This document shows positions 18,801 to 26,939 of a DNA stretch of 49,483 nucleotides, in pieces. The stretch is from NCBI GenBank assembly GCA_964459315.1, contig CAYWMH010000001.1, positions 1-49,483 on the forward strand, written 5' to 3'. This stretch comes from an uncultured Verrucomicrobiota bacterium. Its GTDB lineage: Bacteria; Verrucomicrobiota; Verrucomicrobiia; Limisphaerales; UBA1096. Every line of letters starts with the position of its first letter. Position 1 is the stretch's first letter. The position numbers and the translations under genes are program-made. The notes under the pieces were generated by a model that was given only the letters and a program-made list of their open reading frames with translations, was not told the DNA's origin and did no database searches.

Positions 18801-19011
18801 CGCCAACGAGATGGCCAAGAACCCCAGGGAAGCCCAGCGCGGCCAATACGTGCCCAAGTCAAAAAAAGTGCTGCACGCCACGCGGATGATCGCCCCGCTC
18901 TCCGCGACGGCGCTCCGGTTCATCGCGCCAAAAAAGCCGGGCGACTACCCGTACATCTGCACCTTCCCCGGCCACTGGACCATCATGAAAGGCATCATGG
19001 TGGTGAGGTAA
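15832..19011 (+). CDS. PVC-type putative membrane-bound dehydrogenase: SGNH-like N-domain + beta-propeller + HEAT repeats + azurin-like cupredoxin C-domain
   Basis: Its start overlaps the ThuA stop (TAATG). The propeller/dehydrogenase region includes PIQMRWDSQGRLWV and DTDGNGRADK/DTDGDGRADT. The C-terminus AHNIVIV ... YPYICTFPGHWTIMKG matches the azurin type-1 Cu ligand pattern (H ... C-x4-H-x3-M; azurin has FFCTFPGHSALMKG). There is no CxxCH motif. Confidence 0.85.
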   Translation: MSRWFCTLFVSLALGQALLAQPVDGRNKPSGKKAPIESPDLARYALFEKTAPRPESTSPVDTQLPLKVEPGMSIALIGNTLLDRSQDFGYLETLIQQAYPAHRLTVRNLAWSADSLHYQPRPANFADTDQHLVFIKADIIFAAYGFNESFAGPDGLAEFKTKLTEFVQASKAKAFNGKRGPQLVLLSPIASENITGVDAAKNNKNIRLYTRAISEVAKMQKVGFINVFDSTNKAMGSTGNDLTFNGCHLNDAGYRLFGNLVFNAAFDQPTPVINEEIRAAVLEKNKQFFHRYRPVNTFYYTGGRNRSYGYLDFLPAMRNFDIMTANRDQRIWDIAAGKQVPAKIDDSNVPPLPATKQSRGANRLLSPEAELGEFEVDPRFDVTLFASETDFPELACPIQMRWDSQGRLWVSCSTTYPHVYPGNEPNDKLVILEDTDGNGRADKTSVFADDLHIPLSFEFGNGGVYVSEEPHLTFLKDTDGDGRADTHEKLLTGFGCEDSHHALHDFAWTPDGDLIFREGIFHHSQVETPYGPVRQRDSGWFRFEPRSHRLTSFGTHMSTNPWGVTFDDWGQHMASYPIYAQAFHALDPAYPVQHPRPIGLRAYSGTCGQEFVDFPNWPEEMQGGFVKVRYKPSNRVEFHRWVESDFGYEEEYVGNLVFSRNLSFIPVDLRYGPDGAMYVCDWYNPVKGHAQYSLRDKRRDRVSGRIFRIMPKGAKPQQMPQIAGAPLGQLLDILKRPEYRYRYWAKRELRDRDPARVKAALDAWVAKLDPTAPRHRHHQIEAVWLYRGIDAMNAGLLAELLECDNHNARAAATHQLRYWHDQLENGQALLRKRANDPSGLVRMEAAIAASYVGTPAALDALLDTLNHPSIGHLSYAIRTALGSRTIEPLWKGSIDFAAAHPELPKFMAAFDLRQKMAPKRNTSARDAEFDSQKNLKVVKISAVKERMLYDVTRFVVRAGQPVRIDFTNPDATAHNIVIVAPGADEEIGLAANEMAKNPREAQRGQYVPKSKKVLHATRMIAPLSATALRFIAPKKPGDYPYICTFPGHWTIMKGIMVVR
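15868..15883. repeat. Perfect 16-bp copy of the iterated palindrome GCGCTTGGCCAAGCGC
   Basis: Read directly from the sequence. It lies inside the signal-peptide region of the dehydrogenase CDS (..SLALGQALLA..). Confidence 0.95.
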
Positions 19012-19059
19012 GGTGGAAGGTTGAAGGAAGAAGGCCGAAAACCAAGCGCTTGGCCAAGC

Positions 19060-19494
19060 TCAGCCTTTGATCCCCCGCCCTTCCCGTTCGTCGATGACGT
19101 CGAAGGCGGTTTGGAGTTCGGGGCGGTTGTCTAGTCCCTCCTTCTTCTTGAGGTCGTCAATGACGGAAGTTGCGAGGTCGCGCCAGCCAAATTTTTCCCA
19201 GAACCCATTCCAGATGCGGCGTTGCATCGAATTCGGGCGCAGACCGGTGGCGAAACACCATTCCAACATCTCGTCATCACTCAATCCCTCGAAGATTTTT
19301 TGCCGAACGTCCGCAAACTGAACTCTGAGAAAACCGCAGATGAAACCGTCCAGCGCCACCGATAGTCCAAGGTTCGGGCGATACTCCTCCGGCAGCGTGC
19401 CGGCCAAGTCGCACCGTATCTTGTCAAGCATCCGTCCGAGGTGGTGCAGGCCGCCGAGATTGGTTCGCGGAGACCGGAACGGCGGATCGATCAT
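19060..19494 (-). CDS. DUF5069-like protein
   Basis: Start at ATG 19494. PFRSPRTNLGGLHHLGRMLDKIRCD resembles the DUF5069 N-terminal motif. The upstream part of track ORF 19060..19824 overlaps the thioredoxin-like gene and is Arg/Ser/Pro-rich, so I treat it as spurious. Confidence 0.7.
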   Translation of the reverse strand: MIDPPFRSPRTNLGGLHHLGRMLDKIRCDLAGTLPEEYRPNLGLSVALDGFICGFLRVQFADVRQKIFEGLSDDEMLEWCFATGLRPNSMQRRIWNGFWEKFGWRDLATSVIDDLKKKEGLDNRPELQTAFDVIDEREGRGIKG

Positions 19495-19516
19495 TGACAC
19501 TGCTTCGGACTGAAAA

Positions 19517-20263
19517 TTACTTCGCGTCCGGGGCGGCGAGGAGGGCCTCCACTTTCCCCTCAAGGTCGGCCCGGGCATTGAGGTCGGCGAGGTTGCCCTG
19601 CTTGTCCACCAGCCACATGGCCGGGATGCTACGGATGCCGTGCGCGGTCGAGATGCTGTTCTTCCAGCCTTTGCCGTCGAAGAATTGCGGCCACGGCATC
19701 TTCTCCTTCTTGACGAACTTGCGCAGCGCGCTCTCCTTGCTGTCGAGCGAGATGCCGACAATCTCGAATCCCTTCGAGTGCAGCTTGTCATAGGCGCGCT
19801 TGACGTTGGGCAACTCGGCCACACAAGGCCCGCACCAAGTCGCCCAGAAATCGATCAACACGACCTTGCCCTTCATTTTTGACACATCGACTTTTTTGCC
19901 GTCGAGGGAGGTGAACTTGATGTCCACCGGCTTGCCGATGCGGTCGTCCGCCTTCGGCTTGGCCTTGGCCAGTTTAACTGTCTTGCCAGTGATGTCCTTT
20001 ACGATCGCCTCGATCAGCGGGATGCTCTTGCCGCAGGTCTGGTCGTCGTTGCGGCACTGGGCCACGGTCATTTTGCAGCCGCAATCGCACCCCTCCGTAT
20101 TGGCGCGCTTCATGATTTCCGCCTGCTGCTTTTCGCTGAACTGTGTCAGGTCAAGCAACGGGATTTTTTTGTATGCTGTCGTTTTGGATTCGGTTTGTGC
20201 CTGCGGCGCGACGACGACGGCAAGCAACACGACGGCGATGGACAGGATCGATAGTGATTTCAT
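19517..20263 (-). CDS. TlpA/ResA-like periplasmic thiol:disulfide oxidoreductase with an N-terminal Cys-rich domain
   Basis: Signal peptide MKSLSILSIAVVLLAVVVAPQA. Thioredoxin motif LIDFWATWCGPCVAELP. The N-domain contains CDCGCKMTVAQCRNDDQTC. Confidence 0.85.
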   Translation of the reverse strand: MKSLSILSIAVVLLAVVVAPQAQTESKTTAYKKIPLLDLTQFSEKQQAEIMKRANTEGCDCGCKMTVAQCRNDDQTCGKSIPLIEAIVKDITGKTVKLAKAKPKADDRIGKPVDIKFTSLDGKKVDVSKMKGKVVLIDFWATWCGPCVAELPNVKRAYDKLHSKGFEIVGISLDSKESALRKFVKKEKMPWPQFFDGKGWKNSISTAHGIRSIPAMWLVDKQGNLADLNARADLEGKVEALLAAPDAK

Positions 20264-20334
20264 AACGTGGAAACTTTCACCGACTTGCTACGGCGTAACA
20301 AGCTTTATTCCGCATAAAAGTTCCGGCCCCGCTA

Positions 20335-22224
20335 TCAGCGGCGACGGCCCCTGGGCGCGGGCATGGACTGGATAAAGCCCTTGATGACGGAGGAAATCTC
20401 CGCCGTACTCAACCTGCCGTCGGCATTTTTGTCGCCATCCGAGGCCCATTTTTTGGCGGCGGACTGAACCTCCTCAGCGGTGATTTCCCGGTCGCCGTCG
20501 CTGTCGGTGGCGTAGCTGAAAGCCCGGGCGACGACTGCGCCCGGCCCGGTGGGCCGACCGCCGCGTTCTGTGGTTTGGTCGCCAAGCAGCCCGCCAAAGC
20601 CGCGGACCAGGTCGTTCCGGCTCGTGGCCGATTCCCCGTCTCGCCACTCCGTGTGCAACTCCACCCAAGCTGATTCAAACCCCCGCTTGGCCAAGCCGGA
20701 CTCAGCCTCGGCATGGGCGAGCAGTTTTTCCGCGACGCGCTTGGCCAAGCCGGTCGCGTCGATGGCCGGCGGAGCGCCCCCGCCGGACGGACGCCGCCCC
20801 CCGCCGCCGGGGCGGCCTCCGCGACTGCGCATCAGCCGTGCCACACTCTCGTCGGTGTCGCCGTACTGGACCCGCGCCTTGGCCAGGGCCGCCTTGAGTT
20901 CGGCGATCCGCTTGGCGTGCTCGGGGCGCTTGGCCAGGTCGTTCAACTCGTGGGGATCGTTTTTCAAATCGTACAGCGACACCCGATTTTCACTCCCCCG
21001 ATGAAACAGTTTCCAACGATCGTCACGTATCGTGCGCTGATCCTGCATGTACGCGGTGAACAGGTGGTCACGTACTTTTTCAGATTTACCGCGAATAAGT
21101 TTCGTCAGGTTTTTGCCCTCGACTCCTTCTGGCACCGGCAACCCTGCGAGACCGCACAGCGTCGGGTAAATGTCGTAAAGATAGACCAACGCATCCGATG
21201 AGCCTTTGGGCACGGTGGCTCCACTGAACACCATCTGCACCCTCGAAGTGTGCTCGTAGGCGTTGTTCTTGCCGCTCGCTCCGTGGCTACTCTTCGACAT
21301 GCCGTGGTCTGTGGCCAACACCACGATGGTGTTGTCGGCCTGCCCGGTTTTCTCAAGCGTGTCCAGTACGCGGCCGACGTGATGGTCGAGGTGCGAAATT
21401 AGCCCGTAATATTTTGCGTAGTCCTGCTTGGCACGCTCCACCGGCGAGGTTTCACCATTTTCATCTCCACCCCGGCCACGGCCCCCACGGCCTCCGCCGC
21501 GCCGGCTGCCACCCCGGGTCGACTCCGCGAGATCCGGCCGCAACGCAACGTGGTTGGGCGGGAGGGTGATTTTTTTTGGATCGTACATCGTGGCCCACTT
21601 GCCCGGAGGCGTCACAGGCGAGTGCGGCGCAGTGACCGGTATGTAGCAAAAAAACGGCTTGTCGATTTTTTCACGGCTCTCGATGTACTCGATCGCCGCG
21701 TCGGCAAACAATTCGGTCGAGAAGGATTCGCCGGAATCGTACGGCACCATCAACCCGGCGATCATGCGATGCACCGGCACGCCGATGTGCGACCGGGCCG
21801 CCCCGCCGAAAAACACCGCCTCGGCCTCGTCAAAACTATTCTCGAACGACAACTCGCCGTTGTGCCACTTGCCTGTGGCGAAGGTGTGGTAGCCGCCCTT
21901 TCGCAATGCCTGAGGGAGGATCGTGCCGGAGTCGAGTCGCATCGGGGCTCGGAACAACGACTTGCCACTCATGAGCATCGCGCGGCTGGGTAGACAGGTC
22001 GCAAAGGTCATCGATCCCTGAATGTAAGCCTGTTTGAAAACAAAGCCGTTGTGGAACAGCCGATCCATGTTGGGTGTCTTGACGTCGGGATTGCCCACCG
22101 CACCAAATGCGTCCGGGCGCTGGTCGTCGGTGAAGATGAACACGACATTTGGGCGCTTGACCACAGCACTTGGCCAAGCGATGGCAGCGAACAACACAAG
22201 ACTGAAAAGGATTCGTGTTTTCAT
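20335..22224 (-). CDS. Formylglycine-dependent sulfatase with an RGG-rich insert and a C-terminal EF-hand pair
   Basis: ATG 22224 gives a signal-like MKTRILFSLVLFAAIAWPS. Motifs VVFIFTDDQRPD and the C-x-P-x-R box ATCLPSRAMLMSG. EF-hand loops DSDGDREITAEE and DKNADGRLSTAE. Confidence 0.9.
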   Translation of the reverse strand: MKTRILFSLVLFAAIAWPSAVVKRPNVVFIFTDDQRPDAFGAVGNPDVKTPNMDRLFHNGFVFKQAYIQGSMTFATCLPSRAMLMSGKSLFRAPMRLDSGTILPQALRKGGYHTFATGKWHNGELSFENSFDEAEAVFFGGAARSHIGVPVHRMIAGLMVPYDSGESFSTELFADAAIEYIESREKIDKPFFCYIPVTAPHSPVTPPGKWATMYDPKKITLPPNHVALRPDLAESTRGGSRRGGGRGGRGRGGDENGETSPVERAKQDYAKYYGLISHLDHHVGRVLDTLEKTGQADNTIVVLATDHGMSKSSHGASGKNNAYEHTSRVQMVFSGATVPKGSSDALVYLYDIYPTLCGLAGLPVPEGVEGKNLTKLIRGKSEKVRDHLFTAYMQDQRTIRDDRWKLFHRGSENRVSLYDLKNDPHELNDLAKRPEHAKRIAELKAALAKARVQYGDTDESVARLMRSRGGRPGGGGRRPSGGGAPPAIDATGLAKRVAEKLLAHAEAESGLAKRGFESAWVELHTEWRDGESATSRNDLVRGFGGLLGDQTTERGGRPTGPGAVVARAFSYATDSDGDREITAEEVQSAAKKWASDGDKNADGRLSTAEISSVIKGFIQSMPAPRGRRR

Positions 22225-22272
22225 GACTGGCAATTAGAATGGCTGATAGTGGAAAAAGTTACAAAAAATCAA

Positions 22273-23877
22273 TTACCGACGCTTGGGCGGCGCGGACACA
22301 TACGGCGGTTTGTCGAAGGTCGAACCGTCGCCGAGTACACGCGGGTCGCGTGCCTTTTTCAGCCGGCTCATCAACTGCCTGTTGAGCCTACGCTTGGCGG
22401 CGGCGTACTTTTTGTCGTTGGCCACGTTTTTGATTTGGTCAGGGTCGTCGGCCAGCACGTACAACTCCTCGCGCGGGCGTTTGCCGAAGGCGTAGTCGTA
22501 GTACCACTTCCACTTGTCTTCGTTGCGATGCTCGATAACCCACGCCTTGGTCGGGCTTGCATCGAGATCGCCGTAGGTGATGAAGGTGTTGTGCTCAAGC
22601 AGCCGATGTTCCGGTGCGCTATCCTTGGTGAGATTGTACGGGTTGCCCATCGGCCAGCGGTCCGGCGCGAAGTTGATGATGTACAAATACTCCTCCGTGC
22701 GGAGGGCGCGTTGCGGATACGGCAACATCCCTTCGCGCGCCTTGGCCACGTGCCGCTCGCGGCCGGTGATCACCCAGTTTCGCTTCTTGTCAACCAGCCC
22801 CTCTTTTTTGGATTTCAAAACCGGCACGAGACTGCGGCCTGTCATGACCTTCGGCCGCTTGACACCGCAGATCTCAAGGAACGTCGGCGCCAAGTCCATC
22901 AGGTTCACGAAATCGTCGACCACGCGACCGCCCGGTTTTCCGGGCCACCAGATCGCCAGTGGCACCTGCACCCCGAAGTCGTACAGGTTGCATTTGCCGC
23001 CGGGGAAACCGGGCGCGCCATGATCCCCGCTGATAACCACCACCGTGTTGTCAAGTTCATCCACCGCCTCGAGGCGCTTGAGAATCAGGCCAAGCGCGGT
23101 GTCAAACGCCTGGACCTCGCCAAGGTAGTCGGCAAAGTCCTGCCGCACCTCGTGTACGTCCGGCAGAAACTTCGGCAGCCTGCCCTTGAGTTCGTCCGGG
23201 TTGATACCCCACAAATCCTTGCCGGACCCTTTCGTCCACTTGCGGTGAACAAGCGTCGGGCCGAACCAGTAACAGAACGGGTCGTCACCTTCGCGGGCGT
23301 CAAGGAACGAGTTGAAGTTGCCCATCACCTCGTCGTAGAGCGTCTGCTTGGCCGCCTCCACCGACATGCCTTCGGCCACGCGCTTGGTCGTCACCTGCGA
23401 AAATCCGTTGAACCGACTGCCGCTTTTCTCGTAGCTAAACTTACCTGCGCCGTACGGTGCGTCCCGCGGCGTCCCAGGCGTCCAAACCTTGTACGTCTCG
23501 CCGATGTGGTACCCGGCGTCATGCAGCATCAACGGGAACGACGGAATCGCCGGATCCCACTTGGCTCCCTGCAGGATCGCCCCCAGGCCGGTGCGAAAAA
23601 AGTACTGCCCGGAAAGCAGCGAACTACGGCACGGCGTACACGACGGCGCAGTGACGAACGCATGCTTGAACAGCACGCCGTTGCCCGCGATGCGGTCGAA
23701 CACTGGGGTCTTCACAACCGAATTCGCACTCGGCTGTTCTTCAACCTTAGCGTAGGCACTAGCGTATTTCCCCCAGTCATCAGCAAATGCGAATAGTATA
23801 TTTGGTGCATTTGTATTTGAAATCCCATGTAAAGGGGGTAATACTGCCGCGAGGGTAAAAATCAAAAACCTGTTCAT
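22273..23877 (-). CDS. Formylglycine-dependent sulfatase
   Basis: [12 protein letters not shown], the C-x-P-x-R box [12 protein letters not shown] and a signal-like N-terminus. The first ~40 codons are encoded by low-GC DNA. Confidence 0.9.
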   Translation of the reverse strand: MNRFLIFTLAAVLPPLHGISNTNAPNILFAFADDWGKYASAYAKVEEQPSANSVVKTPVFDRIAGNGVLFKHAFVTAPSCTPCRSSLLSGQYFFRTGLGAILQGAKWDPAIPSFPLMLHDAGYHIGETYKVWTPGTPRDAPYGAGKFSYEKSGSRFNGFSQVTTKRVAEGMSVEAAKQTLYDEVMGNFNSFLDAREGDDPFCYWFGPTLVHRKWTKGSGKDLWGINPDELKGRLPKFLPDVHEVRQDFADYLGEVQAFDTALGLILKRLEAVDELDNTVVVISGDHGAPGFPGGKCNLYDFGVQVPLAIWWPGKPGGRVVDDFVNLMDLAPTFLEICGVKRPKVMTGRSLVPVLKSKKEGLVDKKRNWVITGRERHVAKAREGMLPYPQRALRTEEYLYIINFAPDRWPMGNPYNLTKDSAPEHRLLEHNTFITYGDLDASPTKAWVIEHRNEDKWKWYYDYAFGKRPREELYVLADDPDQIKNVANDKKYAAAKRRLNRQLMSRLKKARDPRVLGDGSTFDKPPYVSAPPKRR

Positions 23878-25960
23878 GAAAAAAAATAAACGAAAAATAA
23901 ACTCTTTTAGTTTAAATGAGCTGAGGGCGATTCATCCAAAAAAGTCCTTCAAAATCAAGAAATTTTTAAACTCAATGTCACTTGGGTTATCTTTATTTTT
24001 TCTAAGCTCTGGAAGTATTGATTCTTCAGCATCAGATTGGAACCAATGGAGAGGGAATCTGACAGATGGCAGCTTCAAAGGCTCTGCTTGGCCCAATTCT
24101 CTCAATGATAGTAATTTAGTTAAATCATGGTCTACCGATAAATTGGGTGCGAGCTACTCCGGGCCTGTCAGTGATGGCCAATATGTATTCACAACGGAAT
24201 CCACTAAAGGAAAAGAATCTGTTCTTGCCTACAATCTCAAAGATGGGGAGTTGAAATGGAAACAAACTTGGGCCGGGGAAATGAAGGTTCCTTTTTTTGC
24301 GGCAAGAAATGGAAGTTGGATACGCTCTACTCCTGCAGTTGCTAACGGAAAGGTTTTTGTCGGCGGAATGCGTGACCATTTGCTTTGCCTCGACGCAAAA
24401 ACCGGAAAAATTTTTTGGGAAATAAATTTCGCAAAAAAATATGGCACACCACTCCCTGATTTTGGATTCGCCAGTTCCCCACTAGTCGACGAGAAGTTTG
24501 TTTATGTTCAAGCCGGCGCAAGTTTCAGTAAGATCGAACAAGAAACAGGTACAGTTGTATGGCAGGCGTTGAATGACAAAGGGGGGATGTACGGCAGCGC
24601 CTTTTCTTCTCCTACATTAGCAAAAATAAACAACAATGATTTAATTCTAGTCCAAACTAGATCTCATTTGAATGGAGTTAACCGTTTGGATGGAAAAGTA
24701 TTGTGGGATAGGCCAATTAAAGCATTCCGAGGTATGAACATTTTAACCCCTTTGGCTTTTGAGGACGGAATTTTTACGAGTACATATGGCGGAGGTTCCT
24801 CTTTTATTAGGGTAACAAAAAGCAAGGATGAATGGGCTACTGATATAAAGTGGAAAAATAATTCCCAAGGTTACATGTGCAGTCCCGTTCAATATAACGG
24901 TAAAGCTTATTTACACCTAAGAAGCAATCGCTTTGCTTGTTATGATCTCAAAACAGGTAAAGAACAATGGGTTAGCTCAAAAAGTTTTGGTAAATACATG
25001 AGTCTGGTTATCAACGCTGATAAGATCCTAGCACTGGACCAAAAAGGAATTCTTTATTTGATAAAGGCGGACCCTGAAAAATTAAACATTCTGTCAGAAC
25101 GCGAAGTTGTAGATGGCGAATCTTGGGCTCATCTAGGCATACAAGGTAATAAAATGATGATTAGAAGCCTTAATCGCCTTTATGTTTTTGATTGGAAAAA
25201 ACAGCAGTAAACCAAATCTAAAAGGAGTTATCTTCGGTAATTAATTTCCTGTGCAATTGAAACGAAGACCTGAGTGAGGTTGACAGCTTTTTCTGTAGAG
25301 CTTGTACATCTTGGTAAATAGAAACGTTATCGGCGTTAGGCTCGGTAGTTTCGCGTTTATTTAATCTCACAAATCGATTGGTAATTTCCTCTATTCCAAC
25401 TCTGTCTCCTTGATTGTTTCTAAGACTCCATAAAGCCTGAAGAGCTGCGCCGTAGGCAGCACCCTCACCCACCTTTAGTGTCACAACTTGCGCATTGAAC
25501 ACATCTGCCATTATCTGCCGCCAAAGCTTAGACTTCGAGCCTCCACCGGTCGCACGAATTTGTGTCGGCTTTATGCCCAGTTTCTTGAGCCGGCGCAGAC
25601 CATAATTCATTCCCATAGTCACGCCTTCCATAGTGGCACGAGCAAAATGTTTTTCGGTAAACGTTTTAGCACGGACCCCGAAATAAACACCTGTGCCATC
25701 CGGCACATTGGGCGTTCGCTCTCCCTCAAGGTATGGCAACAACATCAGACCATCCGATCCGGCGGGAGCCTTGCGCGCAGCAGACTCATACTTAGCATGC
25801 GTCCACTTGAAATCCCTACGGATTAACTCAGTGGCGACTGTAACGTTCATAGTACAGAGCAGCGGCAGCCAGCGGTTAGTTGAATCACAAAACGCAGCGA
25901 TTTCACCTTTCGGATCCACAACTGGTTTTCCAGCACAAGCGTAGATAGTGCCGCTTGTGC
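23740..25960. other. Low-GC segment with approximate boundaries that fall inside the two flanking CDSs
   Basis: Sampled 60-nt lines inside the segment are about 28-50% GC by hand count, against about 60-70% in the flanks. It contains no TTGGCCAA copies. Codon choice is AT-rich (aaa, aat, ttt). Confidence 0.8.
23975..25210 (+). CDS. PQQ-like (BamB-like) beta-propeller repeat protein, secreted
   Basis: WNQWRGNLTDGS, PAVANGKVFVGG, repeated ...G...W motifs and a signal-like MSLGLSLFFLSSGSIDSSA from ATG 23975. The track start, ATG 23876, would overlap the divergent sulfatase start codon (TTCATGAA) and adds a Lys-rich leader, so I consider it less likely. Confidence 0.75.
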   Translation: MSLGLSLFFLSSGSIDSSASDWNQWRGNLTDGSFKGSAWPNSLNDSNLVKSWSTDKLGASYSGPVSDGQYVFTTESTKGKESVLAYNLKDGELKWKQTWAGEMKVPFFAARNGSWIRSTPAVANGKVFVGGMRDHLLCLDAKTGKIFWEINFAKKYGTPLPDFGFASSPLVDEKFVYVQAGASFSKIEQETGTVVWQALNDKGGMYGSAFSSPTLAKINNNDLILVQTRSHLNGVNRLDGKVLWDRPIKAFRGMNILTPLAFEDGIFTSTYGGGSSFIRVTKSKDEWATDIKWKNNSQGYMCSPVQYNGKAYLHLRSNRFACYDLKTGKEQWVSSKSFGKYMSLVINADKILALDQKGILYLIKADPEKLNILSEREVVDGESWAHLGIQGNKMMIRSLNRLYVFDWKKQQ

Positions 25961-26756
25961 CGAAGCTCGCGGTCACGACTCCCGGGCTCGTGTTGCCGGT
26001 GCCGATCGCGCCCATCATGTTGTCGCCGCCACCGGCGCTGACCACGACGTCGGTGCTCAGCCCCAGCCGCTTGGCCGTGGAGGCCTGCAGTGTACCGGCC
26101 GATTGATCGCTCGAGATCAGCTTGGGCAGCTTGGCCTCCAACCCGGCGTCGATCGCCTTCAGCGTCTTCCTTGACCACTTGCGGGTGCGGACGTTGAGCA
26201 GCGCCGTGCCGCTGGCGTCGCCGTACTCCATCACGGCGTTGCCGGTGAGCCAGTAGTTCAGGTAATCATGCGGCAACAGCACCGTGGCCAGCCGCTTGAA
26301 ATTTTTCGGCTCATGTTTCTTCAACCAGAGAATCTTACCGGCGGTGAACCCGGGCAGCACCGCGTTGCCAAGTTCCTTGACCGCGCCCTTGAGACCGCCG
26401 AGCTTGGCCATGATCGCGTCGCACTCGGCGGCCGTGGAGGTGTCGCACCACAGCTTGGCCGGGCGAATGACCTGCCCCTTTTTGTCGAGCGGCACGAAGC
26501 CGTGCTGCTGGCCGCTGACACCGATCCCACGCACCTCGGCCGCCGTGGCCTTGGCCTGCCTGAGTGCGGCGCGAATGCTCGACTCGGTGGCACCGATCCA
26601 GTCGGCCGGATGCTGCTCCTTGGCCCCGGCAGGCAGGCCGTCGATCAGGCCGTACGCCTTGGCGCCCTCGCCAAGCACCCTGCCATTTTTCGCGTCCACC
26701 ACCAACGCCTTGGTCGACTGCGTCCCACTATCGATGCCGATGACAAGTTCTCTCAT
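25218..26756 (-). CDS. xylB: Xylulokinase (FGGY family)
   Basis: IGIDSGTQSTKALVVD, GVSGQQHG and ATGGGSKSKLWRQIMADVF. It is full length and colinear with XylB. The C-terminal ~240 codons sit in low-GC DNA. Confidence 0.9.
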   Translation of the reverse strand: MRELVIGIDSGTQSTKALVVDAKNGRVLGEGAKAYGLIDGLPAGAKEQHPADWIGATESSIRAALRQAKATAAEVRGIGVSGQQHGFVPLDKKGQVIRPAKLWCDTSTAAECDAIMAKLGGLKGAVKELGNAVLPGFTAGKILWLKKHEPKNFKRLATVLLPHDYLNYWLTGNAVMEYGDASGTALLNVRTRKWSRKTLKAIDAGLEAKLPKLISSDQSAGTLQASTAKRLGLSTDVVVSAGGGDNMMGAIGTGNTSPGVVTASFGTSGTIYACAGKPVVDPKGEIAAFCDSTNRWLPLLCTMNVTVATELIRRDFKWTHAKYESAARKAPAGSDGLMLLPYLEGERTPNVPDGTGVYFGVRAKTFTEKHFARATMEGVTMGMNYGLRRLKKLGIKPTQIRATGGGSKSKLWRQIMADVFNAQVVTLKVGEGAAYGAALQALWSLRNNQGDRVGIEEITNRFVRLNKRETTEPNADNVSIYQDVQALQKKLSTSLRSSFQLHRKLITEDNSF

Positions 26757-26862
26757 GTATTGCGTGTCGTTACGGCGGGGGGAATATCACAGCGCCGGCG
26801 TGAAACCAATACTGGAGGTGTTTGGTTGCCGAGTGGCCACCCCCTCATCCGGCCTCCGGCCA

Positions 26863-26878
26863 CCTTCTCCGGAGAAGG
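26863..26878. promoter_or_regulatory. Perfect 16-bp palindrome CCTTCTCCGGAGAAGG upstream of xylB
   Basis: Read directly. It lies 107-122 nt upstream of the xylB ATG (26756) and about 60 nt downstream of the stop of the preceding operon. It could be an operator or an RNA hairpin. Confidence 0.35.
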
Positions 26879-26939
26879 AAAATGATTCGCGTCCCTTGGC
26901 ATCCATTCGCGGTTCAAAAAACCCGCACTTGGCCAAGAG

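Noticed and set aside
19495-19824. The upstream part of track ORF 19060..19824, fused to the DUF5069-like protein.
   Set aside because: It overlaps the 3' end of the TlpA-like gene in another frame and has a low-complexity Arg/Ser/Pro composition. An ATG at 19494 begins the recognisable domain.
23876-23974. ATG 23876 as the start of the beta-propeller gene, with an A8 tract right after it as a phase-variation switch.
   Set aside because: That start would overlap the divergent sulfatase start codon and would add a Lys-rich 33-aa leader before an otherwise normal signal peptide beginning at ATG 23975. The A-run more likely belongs to an AT-rich divergent promoter region.
23740-25960. The low-GC segment interpreted as an integrative mobile element or prophage remnant.
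   Set aside because: No integrase, transposase, tRNA attachment site, or terminal inverted or direct repeats are visible. The boundaries lie within intact conserved genes, which fits homologous replacement or an assembly chimera better.
26757-26939. Possible tRNA or small RNA genes in the larger intergenic regions (26757..26939, 41483..41695, 14814..14980, 44615..44786, 217..345).
   Set aside because: I could not trace a cloverleaf with acceptor stem and T-loop (GTTCRANNC), or any known ncRNA motif, by eye. This is a weak negative that needs tRNAscan or Infernal.
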